Positions 38,074 through 50,958 of a stretch of 64,000 bases of DNA are shown piece by piece. Numbering within the stretch: position 1 is the stretch's first letter; the number at the start of each line of letters is the position of its first letter. The translations under genes and the position numbers were made by a program. The stretch is from Octopus sinensis (lineage: Eukaryota). The notes below the pieces were generated by a model, which saw only the letters and a list, made by a program, of their open reading frames with translations, made no database searches and had not been told where the DNA came from. The stretch lies in the NCBI RefSeq assembly GCF_006345805.1, contig NC_043008.1:78058001-78122000 (forward strand), in the 5' to 3' direction.

Positions 38074-38490
38074 TAGTAATGCAATACTAGAGTATTGCTT
38101 TCCAGTAAAGAATAGCCCGTGAGGGAAAAATATATGGCACAACACAGAAGTAAATATATGGCACAACGTAGTACCGATATTTACTGGAAATAGCGAACAT
38201 AATAATACGACGCTAATGTATAGCTTCACCGCGTATGTACTAGCAAAAATGCGTGTGTGCAACAAACTAGAAAAAATTGTCTTACCTCCAGGGAGAACAT
38301 CTGAAAGATGAAATACCTGGAAAAGGATAATGTGGGACCTGCGCAGGTTTCAGATTTTTCAAGATATGTCTGCACCCATAAACTTGATCTATCTTCATCA
38401 GCCAAACATATACCACGACAACATTTCAGATGTTCCCTCACGGGCTATTCTTTACTGGAAAGCAATAATTTAGTATTGCATTACTAATTT
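38070..38490. mobile_element. ~420 bp element with 58-bp terminal inverted repeats enclosing H3
   Basis: 38070-38127 vs 38433-38490 reverse-complement match (aaattagtaatgcaatacta...ctttccagtaaagaatagcccgtgaggg). Confidence 0.7.
38333..38404 (-). ncRNA. Type I hammerhead ribozyme motif (H3)
   Basis: Minus strand: tgg-CTGATGA-AGAT...ATCT-GAAA-CCTGCGCAGG-TC|cca. Stem III ACCTGCGCAGGT is a perfect 12-nt palindrome; cleavage between 38336 and 38335. Confidence 0.75.
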
Positions 38491-38690
38491 ATTGAAACTT
38501 CTTCACCGTTCTCGTGCTGTTAGCGTTTCGGCGTTTCAGTCGAGTGTAATGGCATTAATGTGGTAATTTAGAAACCTGCATAATGTACTCCTTATTCCTT
38601 CGGAATTAGGAATATGCAGCCTTCGAAACATATGTCGAGAATAAAGGATATTTGTTAACTAGTAGTTCAACTCCATTCTTTCATATACTT

Positions 38691-38729
<39 letters not shown>

Positions 38730-38831
38730 CTCCTTCTTCCATTTTCCTGAGCACCTAATAATAATAATGCTGTAATTGTTCCACGTGTTGTTGTTTTTTC
38801 TGTTTTCCCGTTTGGATTAACCTTATATATA

Positions 38832-38994
<163 letters not shown>

Positions 38995-38996
38995 AT

Positions 38997-40017
38997 GCAG
39001 GCTTGTGGGTGAATTTGGTAAATGGAAACTGATAGAGCCTGTCATATATATATAGATATATATATTCATGTGTGTGTGTTTGACCCTCCACAACCGCTTT
39101 AAAACCGGTGTTGGTGTGTAGCGTCAATGTATTGTAGCGGTTCGGCAAAAGAGATCGATAGAATAAGTATCAGTCTTACAAAAAAGTACTGGGGTCGATT
39201 GATTCAACTAAAATTCAAGGTAGTACTCCAGCATGGCCACAGTCTAATGACTGAAACAAGTAAAAGATAAAAGATTCAAATCACATTGTCTTTGTTACAT
39301 ATCTTATGTCACTACCCCACCCCGAATAATCTCTTTCTGTCTCTCTCTCTCTCCCTCTTTCTCTTTTACTCTCTTTTTCACACTATATGTGTGTGTGTGT
39401 GTGTATTCTTTCCATGTTATAATATATATATAAACATGTTGGGGATGTATTCTAGGTTTACATTAATAATTTATTTAATAATATATGATATAGTAATAAT
39501 GTACATAAGACTTATGTACAATAATTTAGAGCCATGTGTTACTGTCGTATCTACATATATATTTATGTGTGTGTGCGTGCGTGCGTATGTGTCCGTATGT
39601 ATGTCTGAGGGGAAGAGAGGTAGAGATAGGTAGATAGAGAGAGAGATAGATAGATAGGGGAGAGAGAGGGAGAAAAGTCCCAAAGAAACAGGATCAAAAC
39701 AGTAGTAGACGTTTAGTAAACAAATCGAAGTATATTTTGATTGGCAGATTATAAACAGTAATATAATTTTATAATGGGTTCACATTTTTTCTCAAATCTA
39801 TGCAATGAATACTCGCACACAGAATATTATCATATTGCACTTAATATTCTTTAATATATCGTTTGTTTAAAGGGTCACTCGTAAGATAGATCATTTATTT
39901 TTCAAGCGCTCTTATCTCTATTTTTCTCAATGATGAATGTTTAAAATAATGGAAAAATATTGAATAAAATAACTCTGCATTTCATTCTTTTATTACATAC
40001 ATATATACATACATACA

Positions 40018-40075
<58 letters not shown>

Positions 40076-40642
40076 TGTATGTATGTATTAGACTGCGGCC
40101 AAGCTAGGACACCACCTTGAAGAAGTTTTAGTCGAATTAGTCGACCCCAGTACTTCTTTTTAAAAGCATGGTTCTTATTCTATCGGTTTCGTTTGCCCAA
40201 CAGCTAATGTTACGAGGGCGTAAACACATCAATGTCAGTTGGCAAGCAGTGGTGAGGGACAAGCAGAGAGCGAGGGACTCCCCCCACACACACATTCATT
40301 GATTCTTTTACTTGAAACCAAGCCTTAACGGGCTTTTGTCGAAAAATCAACCCTAAGACTTATTTTTCGTAAGCCTAGTACTTCTTCTGTCGGTCACTTT
40401 ACGAGGAAGTAAATAACCCGACATCGTTTGTCAAGACAAACACAGGATCAGAGACAAACACACATAAATATACGTAGATATACGACGAACTTCTTTCAGT
40501 TTCCATCTACCAAATCCGCTCACAAGCCTATGGTCGGCCCGAGACTATTGTAGAAGACACTTGCCCAAGGTCTCACGCAGTGGGACTGAACCCGGAACCA
40601 TGTGGTTGGTAAGCAAGCTTCTTACCACACAGCCATGCCTGC
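38997..40642. mobile_element. SINE family C copies (38997-39275 +; 40085-40642 -)
   Basis: Head ggctgtgtggtaagaagcttgct..accacatggttccgggttcagtcc and tail ...ccagcatggccacagtc.aatgactgaaacaagtaaaag. Other heads at 27855-27925, 45575-45725, 48716-48805 and 51888-52033. Confidence 0.75.
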
Positions 40643-41609
40643 GCTTATGTGTGTGTGTGTGTACAGAGGGAGAGAGATACGACGGGCTTCTTTCAGTTCC
40701 CGTCAACCAAATCCACTCACATGGCTTTGACAAGCCCTAGGCTATAGTAGAATATATAATATATTCATATATATATCGTGCGCACGTGTGCGTGTGTTAG
40801 ATATATTAATTTGTTAAATGCTACATCTTTGGAGATTACTTAGATGCACCATTAATTTCTATAGAAATATTCATTACCGAATTGCTGAACAAACTTGTCC
40901 ATCATCACTGTACTTAGCTACTTTCTTACTAGGGCACGTCCGTGTAGTTAATTGTCAGTCTGTTGTCGCTGAAATATATAAAAAAAAAAAAGTTATGATG
41001 CCGATGGCTCAATTACATAATTACTGATTTTGTTGATCAGGACTAGTCTAACGTTAAACAAGTACCACTGAGCAGTTCGCGAGAATTTTCAAAAGTAGAT
41101 AAATAGAATTTGACTTAAAAACTATCAATTCGCCTACGTATTTGAGTGCCCTTAAGAATTGGTAACTTAGATGTCTTAAACGGGTAATAATCAGAATGCG
41201 CGCCGTTTTGTAGCCTATTGCTACTGACAACAGTGTGTTAGAATCAGTATGAATTTGCATTCTCTTCCCGGTTTGTAACTATGTTTCACCTTCCGAGATT
41301 CCTAAATTTTCTCTGTCTATTTTTATAAAATTAAATCTTGATAGCTTTAATTAAAATACCTGCATCAAAAAATAACGTTTTTTCATATTTAATGGAAAGC
41401 TACAAAGTTGTAAGTTTTACTTTAATTCTACTTAATGCTGTTGCTAATTTGATTCAAGCTTAATTACATTTAAAATATTATGCACACGCACGAATAGATG
41501 ATAAGAAGGTAAACAAAGTATGGTAGGAGCAACATATGTTGCAGATAAAGAGAAAAATAATGGATGAACATATTTTCTTTAAAACTGAGGAGATTATAAA
41601 CAGAAGAAA

Positions 41610-43830
41610 TGGGACGAAAACAACTGCGTGAGAGGACAAGTTCGGCCAGACGTAGGAGTGTGGATGTGTAAGGTTGGGGGTTGGGTCGAAGATCAAGTAA
41701 ATGTTGGAGTGCACGCAGCCCCTCATGGTGATGGATCGCCGTGTATAGACTCTTGATGTCAAAAGTGAAGAGAAGTTTAGAGGGGCCAGGATGGAAGGAT
41801 ATAGGGTTGAACAAACGAAGAGCATGGTTGGCGTCATGGTTGTCAGAGGGGAGGGAAGCCACTAGGGGAGCAAGGACACGGTCAAGATATCTGGAGAATT
41901 GTTCGGTGGGGCAGTTGCTGTCGGAGACAATGGGGAGGCCAGGGTTGTTAGGTTTGTGGATTTTGGGGAAGAAGTAAATTGTGGAAGTGTGAGGGGTGCG
42001 GACAATGTGGTTAGCGGCGGTGGAGGAGTTGGGAAGAGGATATGAGGTCATGGAGAGTGGAGGACACAATCTGTTGGTAGCTGGGCGTGGTGTTGGAGGG
42101 CAGTAGGCAGTAGAAGGAGGTGTCTTGAAGTTGGCGGAGAGCTTCCGCCTTGTAGAGGTCCGCGCGCAACACCGCCACGGCACCACCCTTATCGGCCGGT
42201 TTTATGACGATATCCGTGCGGCATCGGAGACATCGAAGGGCTGAAAGTTTGGCTGGGGAGATGTTCTGATGTCGGGGACGCTTGAAAAACCGGTCCACAA
42301 CACGCTGGCAGGCGCCCGCAAAAAGATCGACTACTTGGAACTGGCGTCCACTTGGATGGTCGGCGGCCCAAGTCGGTGAAGCAGTCCTCATCATTAGATG
42401 CAGGTGGAGTGCCGCGGAAAAGCACGCACAAAGCTGTGGATATCGGAACGAGTCTGAAATTCGTTGCTGGATAGAGTGAGGGGGATGAAGCGCAGACCCT
42501 ACTGATGAGGGAGCGTTCCGCCTCAGAGAAGGGAAGATCTGGAGGAATGGCAACAACAGACTGAAATGGAGAAGGGGTGGATGGGACAGAAGTAGGAGGG
42601 GTGGTGGGTTGTGGTTGGTGGGAGGGTATGTAGGTGGGGTATTTGGAGGGACGGGGTTTGGTAAGGGTGGGGGAGCGTATTAGTGAGAGAGGCGTAGGGG
42701 AGGAGTTGGGGTAGTGACATCGGGTGTGATGGAATGGAGGAGAGATTGGAGTATACGTTGTTTGGTGTGAGTGAGAAATTGACGAAAGAGATTATTTAAA
42801 TGAATTATGTAACGTAAAGTAGTATTACCATCGGAAGGCGGTCGCTGTTGTGTATTTTGGAGAGATTAGAACGAATGGTGGCGCGCATAAGACGGTAGGA
42901 TGTAGTACGGAGTATGGGTTGGATTGCTGAAGCATAGTGGAGAGTGGGGTGACTGCAGAGGCGTGGTTTTATGAAAATTAGTAAGGAAAGGTTAATAGGT
43001 TGAAATCAGCGGAAAGGAAGTGTGGAAAGGTGTTTTTTAGGCGGTGGTGAAAGTGGAGGAGGAAAGGTTTGTAATCGGGCATCATTGAAAGACGAGAAGA
43101 AAAGAGAGAGAAAGGTAATAAAGATGTGAGGAGAAAAAATTCAAAACGAGTGGGGAGAAAATGCAAAAGGCGTGAGGAGAAAAAATGCAAATGGCGTGAA
43201 GAGAAAAAATACAAGAGGTGGGAGAAGAAGAAAAATAAAAACAAGGAGAGAAAGGAGGAAGACGGAAGAAACAAAGAGAAAGAGAAAGAAAGGGAGAAGA
43301 GTAGGCAAAAGAGGAAAAGAAAGGGAGGGAAAGAGGAGAAATGTAACAAGTGCGGATTGAGAGAAACGACAATAGGAAAAAGCAGAAAGTACAAAAAAGT
43401 TTAGAAAAATCCAAAAGGTTCAAATGCCTTGGTGTATTGGAGCGATTTCTCATCAAAGAAGAGTCCAGCATAATCCATGGGTAGGAGAGGTGCAGCCGAA
43501 GTGTAGGAGTCCAGGTGTAGAAGAGGAGAAGAAAGTCCAGGTAGAGAATCCAGGTACAATAGTCCAAAGTTCGAAGTGGAGGTAGAAACAGGATAAAACC
43601 AGTGTGAACACGTGAGTGTGTAATATATAGCGAGAATTTACAAAAGAAAAAATACCAAGATCGGGAAGTGAGAAAGTCTTTTATGTTTTGAGCTTATGCT
43701 CTTCGACAGAAAGGAACACAGAAATAAACAGGGAAGGAAAATAGAAAAAGGCATAGTGGCTAAGAATCTATCATGGCGAATGCCGGACAGAGGAGTCACT
43801 CAGGTGGGAAATAATAAAGTAGTGGTGATC
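41610..43830 (-). mobile_element. Penelope-like element (Neptune-type) RT N-half with 5' pseudo-LTR
   Basis: IVIKPADKGGAVAV, FFPKIHKPNNPGLPIVS..CPTE..S.YLD, LFTFDIKSLYTAI.H.EGL.AL...LLRLAELVL; pLTR at about 43590-43830. Confidence 0.9.
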
Positions 43831-44019
43831 CCAAATCGAAGGTGCGCGTGTGTGTGTATGTGAGAGCATGTATGTGCGTGTGCATGCGTGTGGAAGGGGC
43901 TGGTGACATTGACGTGTGCGTATGTACATATGTAGGTGTGGGAAGTGGTCAGTGCTAGTGTGCGCGGGGTGGTGTGATGTGGTGTGGTGTGGTATGGTGG
44001 CGTGTGGTGTGATATATAT

Positions 44020-45500
44020 ATATAGGGAGAGTTTACGAAAAAAACAAAAGACGAAGACAGGTGGTGTACAAAACAAACAGATGTATTAGTATAACGCTCA
44101 GGAATAGAAAAAAGTCTTTTACGTTTCGGGCCTACGCTCCTCTACTGAAAGGGGCACAGAAAAAACAAGGAGAGAAAAAAATGTGTGTAGTGGCTAACGA
44201 TCTATCATGGCGACTAGTGCCGGACAGAAGAGTCAAATACAGGAAGGAAAGTAGGGGAGATAACAAGGTAAAGATGACCCCCAACACAAAGGTGCGTGTT
44301 TGTATAAGAGAGTATGTATGTACGTGTGAAAGAGGGCCGTGTGTGTGTATGTGTGTGAAGATGTGGGGATGGGTGTGTGGTGGTGTGTTGTGATGTGATG
44401 TGTAATGTTGTATGATGTAGTGTGGTGTGGTGTGATGTTGTTGGGGTTTGTGGGTAGGCAGAGGGTTGGGATAGAGGTGGGGTATGTGTGGGAGGTGGGA
44501 TATAGGATAGGGGAATGGAAGGATAGGGAAGGTGGAGTAGGGATGTGTAGGGGTGGGTGGGTTCCTGGGGGAGGGGAAGGTGGGTATGTGAGGAGAGAGA
44601 GGAGGAGAGAAGAGAGAAAGAGAGTAAGAGAGAAGAGAGAAGAGAGGAAGAGAGAAAGAGAGAGAGAGTGGGGAAAGAGTAGGAGAGAAGAGAGAAAGAG
44701 AATAAGAGAGGAGAGAGAAAGAGAGTAAGAGAGAAGAGAGAAGGGAGACAGAGAGAAGAGAAGAAGAGAGTAAGAGGGAAGAGGGAAGGAGGGGAGAGAA
44801 AGAGAGAAAGAGAGTAAGATAGGGTCGATGATGGGTGCCAGTGAGGAGGGTGGTGTTGGAGAGGTAAGGGCAAGTGCCTCCACGAAAAGAAAAAGAGAGG
44901 TGAGCAATAATGGTTGCTCACCAAAGAATGTTCAGGCGGCGGAGGAAGGTTGTGACCCTCCGCGTCTGTCCACGCAGCCCCCTGCTCCCGCAGCCTCAAA
45001 AAGAAAGAGGAAAACGAAAAGCAAAGGACGGTCGGCGGATGTTCCTGGGCCGCCGACGGAGCCGCAGGTGGGATGTGTGCCACCTGCGGATAGGGCTCCG
45101 TCAGTGGGACGTGTGCCCCTGACGGAACAGTGTGAGGTCCCTTCTTGTGAAGAGGAGGTGTTTCTCCTCCTTTACCGCTAGGGAGGGACGGTGAGTAAAT
45201 TTTTGGAGGGCTTGGGTGACCGAGAATGTGTGTACTCGGTCTGCCCAAGTAGTCCGATATGGCCTCCGCAGGTGGCTGCGGAGGTAGTAACTGAAAGAAT
45301 TTTGTCAAAGGTCACAGCGAATTTGCTTTCCTCTTTGCAGGCCCCGGCTTGTCAAAGCAGAGTTGTCTGCAGGCGGCAAGTCACATTGCTTGGGGGACCT
45401 AACAAAAAGAATTTTTGTAAAAAACTTTGTATTGTAAGAAACTTTGTATTCGAGGGTTTGTCGGTCGGTGGGCGCCGACATCCCTTTCATCCGTATCATT
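44020..45500 (-). mobile_element. Second, internally deleted tandem PLE copy ending in a pseudo-LTR (44020-44260)
   Basis: The pLTR is a direct repeat of 43590-43830; an inverted pLTR copy lies at about 46290-46480. Confidence 0.6.
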
Positions 45501-45811
45501 TTGTTTCATTCCATCTCATCTTGTCCATGTCCAGCCCACAAGCTTCTCTCTATGTACTGCCCTTGTGGCAAATTAAATGAAATAAAGAAGCTTTTTCCCA
45601 ACCAAATGGTGTAGGCTTCAGTCCCACTGCGTGGCACCTTCAGCAACTGTCTTCTACTATAGCCTCGAGGCGACCAAAGCTTTGTGAGTGGATTTGGTAT
45701 AGAGAAACTGAAAGAAGTCCGTCGTAACTGAGAAACTACAGACGATATATATATGCATATATATATGTGTGTATGTGCGTGTGTGTGTGTGTGTGTGTGT
45801 GTGCATGCATG

Positions 45812-45843
<32 letters not shown>

Positions 45844-46086
45844 AATGAGTTCAATACGCAGAGAACGAGAGAAACAAATGGAAATGAGGATAAGTAACAT
45901 AAAGAACGATCCTTCGTCAGTTATCGGCTGTCTATCTACTCATCATTTCGAGCATTGAACAACAATATGAGTCTTCGACATATGGAGAGTGAAAGTTGTG
46001 AACAGTGTAGACACACAAGGAAACTGAACGAAAACAAACATGGAGGGTCGTTAGACCAGAACCTGGGTAAAAAAGCGAAGTGAGCA

Positions 46087-46128
<42 letters not shown>

Positions 46129-46356
46129 AACAGAAAGAGGGACAGAGAGAAAGAAAGTCAGATAGAAAAGGTGAGGAAAAAAGTGAATTAGAGAAAGGAT
46201 GGGAGAGAATGAGAGAGAAAACAGTATAGAGTTTTAACGCATAAAAAAAATAAGGATAAACTGACTTGGAAATGGATGCGTGGTGTAATATAGTAATATA
46301 GATAGATCGCTAGCCACAACACACATTTTTTTCCCTCCTTCTTTCTATCGGTGTTC

Positions 46357-46392
46357 CTTTCTGTGGAAGAGCATAGGCTCGAAACGTTAAAG
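46357..46392 (+). ncRNA. Minimal hammerhead-like motif with non-canonical core (H5); decayed copies at 44116-44151 (-) and 43678-43713 (-)
   Basis: cttt-CTGTGGA-A-GAGC-atag-GCTC-GAAA-CG-TT|aaag. Stem III reduced to the palindrome ACGT; located in PLE pLTRs. Confidence 0.6.
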
Positions 46393-46501
46393 ACTTTTTC
46401 AATTCCCTAGCGTTATACTTATACATCTGTTTGTTTTTCTACAACACCTGTCTTTGTCTTTTGGGTTTTTTTGTGAATTCTCCCTATACCCCACCCACAC
46501 G

Positions 46502-46565
<64 letters not shown>

Positions 46566-46567
<2 letters not shown>

Positions 46568-46859
46568 CACCGTGATCACCGTGACCGACCAGGCTATCAG
46601 ATATGCTACACATCGCTGGTCACAATGCGCTTTGCATTGTTTTAGCCTTCAAATGACGCTATCCTGCTGGCTAAGCGAGGAGGCCAACAGAAGAAAGAGA
46701 GAAAGTTGTGGCGAAAGAGTACAGCAGGGATCGCGACCACCCTCTGCCGGAGTCCCGTGGAGCTTTATGTGTTTTCGCTCAATAAATACTCACAACGCCT
46801 GGTCTGGGAATCGAAACCGCGATCCTGCGACCGTGAGTCCGCTGCCCTAACCACTGCCT
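46566..46859 (-). mobile_element. tRNA-derived SINE family A
   Basis: Reverse-complement homolog of 2951-3249. Confidence 0.8.
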
Positions 46860-46952
<93 letters not shown>

Positions 46953-48009
46953 TGTATGTATGTATATATCGTCTCCTCCTCCTCTGCTGCTTCCACTTCC
47001 AGGAAGGCTTCTGTTGGCTCTGGCGAAGCTGGTGTTCTCTCGGGAGGTGGGGACATTGATTCTTTCTACGTGGGAGGGGGTCTAGAAGTCGGATCTAATG
47101 TGGTGGGTTCTTTTTTTTCTTTTTTGCCTATACTTGTAACATGAGTCTTATACACCATGTAGGCCAAACGGGACTTAAATGTTTCCCTACTGCTTCTTTT
47201 GATGCAATGTGCACTCTTTTGGATTACAGTGTTATGCAACGTGCTGTGACTGATTCACTGGGTGGGGTAACTTTTATTTTCTGCCCCTCCATTTGTAGCA
47301 TTGCTTTGCACTTTTGTAGTTGTTCTTGCTCACATTTGATATTTTCCTGGCCTCACCAGCGGCCGCAGCAAAGTTGGTGTTTTTTTTAATTTACATCCGG
47401 TTTGTTTAGAAAAGTGTCCTCTGTTTGCATATCTGGTAAGACTTCGTTTGTTGTACTGGTAGCATTTCCAAAATCATGGCTCCATTTACACAAAAGGTGG
47501 GAAAAAACGCCACACAAAAATATTAATAATTCCCCCTTCAAGCAAAGGGGAATCAATTACAAAAACTGTATCAAGCGGCAACAACAAAGTTTCTCCAACA
47601 ATGTTTCAACAATAACAAATACAACTTACAGTTCAGCGGTCCAGCACTGTCAGAAATGACAAAACGCCCAGAATTTCTAGTTGTCAATCGAATTCTTTAT
47701 TGCCTAAAAGGGGCCAACATAGAAGGGACAACACAAATTATTGGGGTGGTGAGGACGATGGAGGATACAACACAAAAGATGACAGTTACATAAAAAATCT
47801 ATGGGAATATGCTCGAATGACTGCACAATACAAAAAACGACAAAATGAAGTGAGGGACGGGTTCGACTTCGACCCCACAAGCCCCATTCTACTGAAACAT
47901 TTAGTTACCTTTATGATATACATACATGCAGGCTCACTCATTCTCAACATGCGCGCTACAAACTTCCATCTTTTGCCATATATATCGGGCAACAGACATC
48001 TCCTCTCCA

Positions 48010-48530
48010 GCCTTATTTTCCTTTTTTCCTTCTAAGATGGAAAACAAAGAATTTCAGCAATCCAGGGCTGGAGATGAAGCTGCCAGTCGCCACTCCTTTC
48101 ATTCGAGTCTTTCACACTGCTTTTTTCGCTATAGCGACCACAACGAGGAAACAAACCTTCTTTATTCAAGGAGGAAGGTCGAACAATCTTTATAATTGAC
48201 TCGGAAGGCAGTTGAACTCTTACTAGATGTGTGACAGCTGCTGTTCAACGTAAACCCACATTTCCGAAATTTTCGGACATTGCACAATCACGTGCCGAAC
48301 AGTTCCACTGTCCTGCTCGCATTCTGGACAAGTGGGCGTGCAAGAATGATCATGCCTTGTGAGTTTATCACGAAGTAGTAAGACTTCTCGGTAACATTGC
48401 CAAGCCAGAAACTAGGAAATTATCCAAAGGCATCGGCCCGAATGTCTTTGGAACAGGCCGGCAAGTTAACTATCGTCGAAGCCTAAAGTTTTCCTCCAAG
48501 TCGTCATCGTACGTATCCTCGTCCAACCCT
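48010..48530 (-). mobile_element. L1/Tx1-like LINE ORF2 C-terminal fragment
   Basis: AWQCYREVLLLRDKLTRH...CPECEQDSGTVRHVIVQCPKISEMW (zf-RVT-like CCHC knuckle). Confidence 0.6.
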
Positions 48531-48553
48531 CTATAGAATGACGACGTGGAATG

Positions 48554-48805
48554 TTGGGGTTAGTAGCCCGCGCTCTTAACCACTACGCCATATGCCCGTG
48601 GTCAATTATGGAGTTCGGGGTGGTGGTGGTGGTGAAGCGGCGGTGATGGTGAGTGCATAGTGAAAAGTAATATTTTTTTAATATAAAATGTTTGTGCATA
48701 AAGTATATAGGAGTAAGAGTGGCTGTGTGGTAAGTAGCTTGCTAACGAATCACATGGTTCGGGTTCAGTCCTAGTGCGTGACACCTTGGGCAAGTGTCTT
48801 CTACT
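48554..48805 (+). repeat. 252-bp direct duplication, copy 1 (copy 2 at 51726-51976)
   Basis: Near-identical; I saw one indel and one substitution. The unit is a composite of unique sequence and a SINE head. Confidence 0.9.
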
Positions 48806-48808
48806 GTG

Positions 48809-48839
<31 letters not shown>

Positions 48840-48880
48840 ATCTATCTATCTATTCTATCTATCTATCTATCTATTTATCT

Positions 48881-48920
<40 letters not shown>

Positions 48921-48940
48921 TATATATATATATATATATA

Positions 48941-48971
<31 letters not shown>

Positions 48972-48974
48972 TAA

Positions 48975-49041
<67 letters not shown>

Positions 49042-49044
49042 CAC

Positions 49045-49085
<41 letters not shown>

Positions 49086-49089
49086 CGTG

Positions 49090-50760
49090 TGGAAGGCCGG
49101 TTTATGGGATTACCTTAGGCTTCCCGTCCATAAAGCGTTTAGCTTTATGGCGTATCGTCAGATCCCAAGAACTGGTTGGCTCATGACCTCTTAAAAATAT
49201 AAAAGGTAGCAATTGATAATTATTTCCTTTTGCTAATGGCTATCGACTTCTGGCTGTGCTGTCATCTTGCGGGCTCCAGAAGGCTAGCAGGAACCTCCTG
49301 AAGTGTAAACATAACCCGAAAATCTCCGTTCTGAAATTAAGGATATTCCCTGGTTCGAGTGAGTCTTTTAGGATACTCGGGCGTTCAGCTGTGCATAACT
49401 TGCAACGTTTCATCTCGTTGATGTTGAGGCCTGGGTTCTCGAGGATTTTCCATGAGATCGACTATGGAATCTCATCGCCTCTTGGTTGCGAGTCGTGATG
49501 GCCAGTGTTGTTACGTACCTTCTATCCAGAACTCTGAAGAAGGACATGTGGTTGGTGAGACCTGTGGTTGCTTGAAAGAGTCCCCAGAACATCCAATGTA
49601 TCTCCGTAGGCGGGCGCAGTAGGCGCTGTACCTGCTGGTGTTATTGTTGCTGCTGCCGCCGACATTGATATTGTTGGAGCTGCGACTGCTGGTGCTGTTC
49701 CTGGAGGTGGTGGTGGTGGCGTTGGTAATGGTATCGCCACTGCCGGTCATGGTGGAGGCACAGTTGCTGTTTTTGTGATCCTCTTCATTGTTGGGAGAGC
49801 TGCTATTGCCGCTAGAGGTGTCATTTGCTGAGGTTCCGCTGGCGATTTTGTTAGGGCCACTGTCACTGCTGTAATAGCTGGTGGTGGCAGTGGGCGTGTT
49901 GCTGCTGCTATAGGGGTTGTCAGGTCTGCTACTGTAGACTCTAAAGAAGCTGTTGGTAATGCTGGTATTGATGGGGATGCTGTTGTTGTTGTTGGTGATG
50001 TTGCCATCGAGAGAACAGCTAATGTTGTTGTTGGTGCTGTTATTGCTATTATTGCTAATGTTGTCAACTGTGACGACGGTGGAAGTGTTGCTGGTTCTTT
50101 TCATACGGCTGCTATGGCTTCTACCGGTGGTATTACTAGGGTTTGCTAGTACTTCAGCTTCAAAGACGACCCTTTTAGTTTTGCAGTGGCCTCCTACCGA
50201 GCATCTGTTGCAGTCCCTGCATGAACATCCCGTCTCTTCCTGTGGCTTAGGGGTGCTAACTATGATGCTCTTAATATTGGGGGCACAGCTAAACGAGGCT
50301 CTAAGGTTGTGCCTGTTGAAAATGGGCCCGTACCTATGGGAGCTAGTGAAATACTTATCTATAAATTTAAGAAATATTCTACCTACAGGCGTTTGTGTGT
50401 TAAGAGGGAAAGGGAAGCAAACCACATGGCATTTCTGCGGCGCTTCCATTTGCAGTTTGGGGGTTCTGGCGTGTAGGAGATGTGGATAGGTGTTAGGAGG
50501 CTGTGTTTATGTATGTTAGCCTCTTGTTTGGTTTGCGGGGGTGGGGCTATATGTACCGGAGCCGAACTCGAGCGTGACGTCTAAGTCAAGGATTGTGAGG
50601 TTGGTCTCTATGATGATTTTCAATACCATGAAGGCAAGCGTGCTGATTAGATATTTTCTAAGCCTGTTTAGTGTATTCCCTTCTTGCTCCCCTAGGGATG
50701 ACCGGTGCGTTTTCGAATACTCAGGGAGAGAGGAAAGGATAAGTATTCATGCAGTAGTCG
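49090..50760 (-). mobile_element. Penelope-like (Penelope/Poseidon-type) 3' half: RT end, thumb, GIY-YIG, 3' pLTR
   Basis: IIIETNLTILDLDVTL; GRIFLKFIDKYF..SH....IFNRHNLRASFSCAPNIKSII; CSCRDCNRCSVGGHC...VVFEAEV...YIGCS..SFK; NHMSFFR in a shifted frame. Confidence 0.85.
49106..49166 (-). ncRNA. Hammerhead motif with A15.1G change (H6), in the PLE 3' pLTR
   Basis: gggat-CTGACGA-tacgCCATAAAGCtaaacGCTTTATGGacgg-GAAG-CCTAAGG-TA|atccc. Stem I 5 bp, 9-bp distal stem II. Confidence 0.6.
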
Positions 50761-50890
50761 TAGATATTAGAGATTCTTCTTCTTCTTCTTCTTCTTCTTC
50801 TTCTTCTTCTTCTTCTTCTTCTTCTTCTTCTTCTTCTTCTTCTTCTTCTTCTTCTTCTTCTTCTTCTTCTCTTCTTCTTCTTCTTCTTCC

Positions 50891-50942
<52 letters not shown>

Positions 50943-50958
50943 TATTATTATTATTATT

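Noticed and set aside
47000-47700. Possible LINE ORF1 remnant on the minus strand
   Set aside because: Only a vague Cys-rich patch with stops; family cannot be supported.
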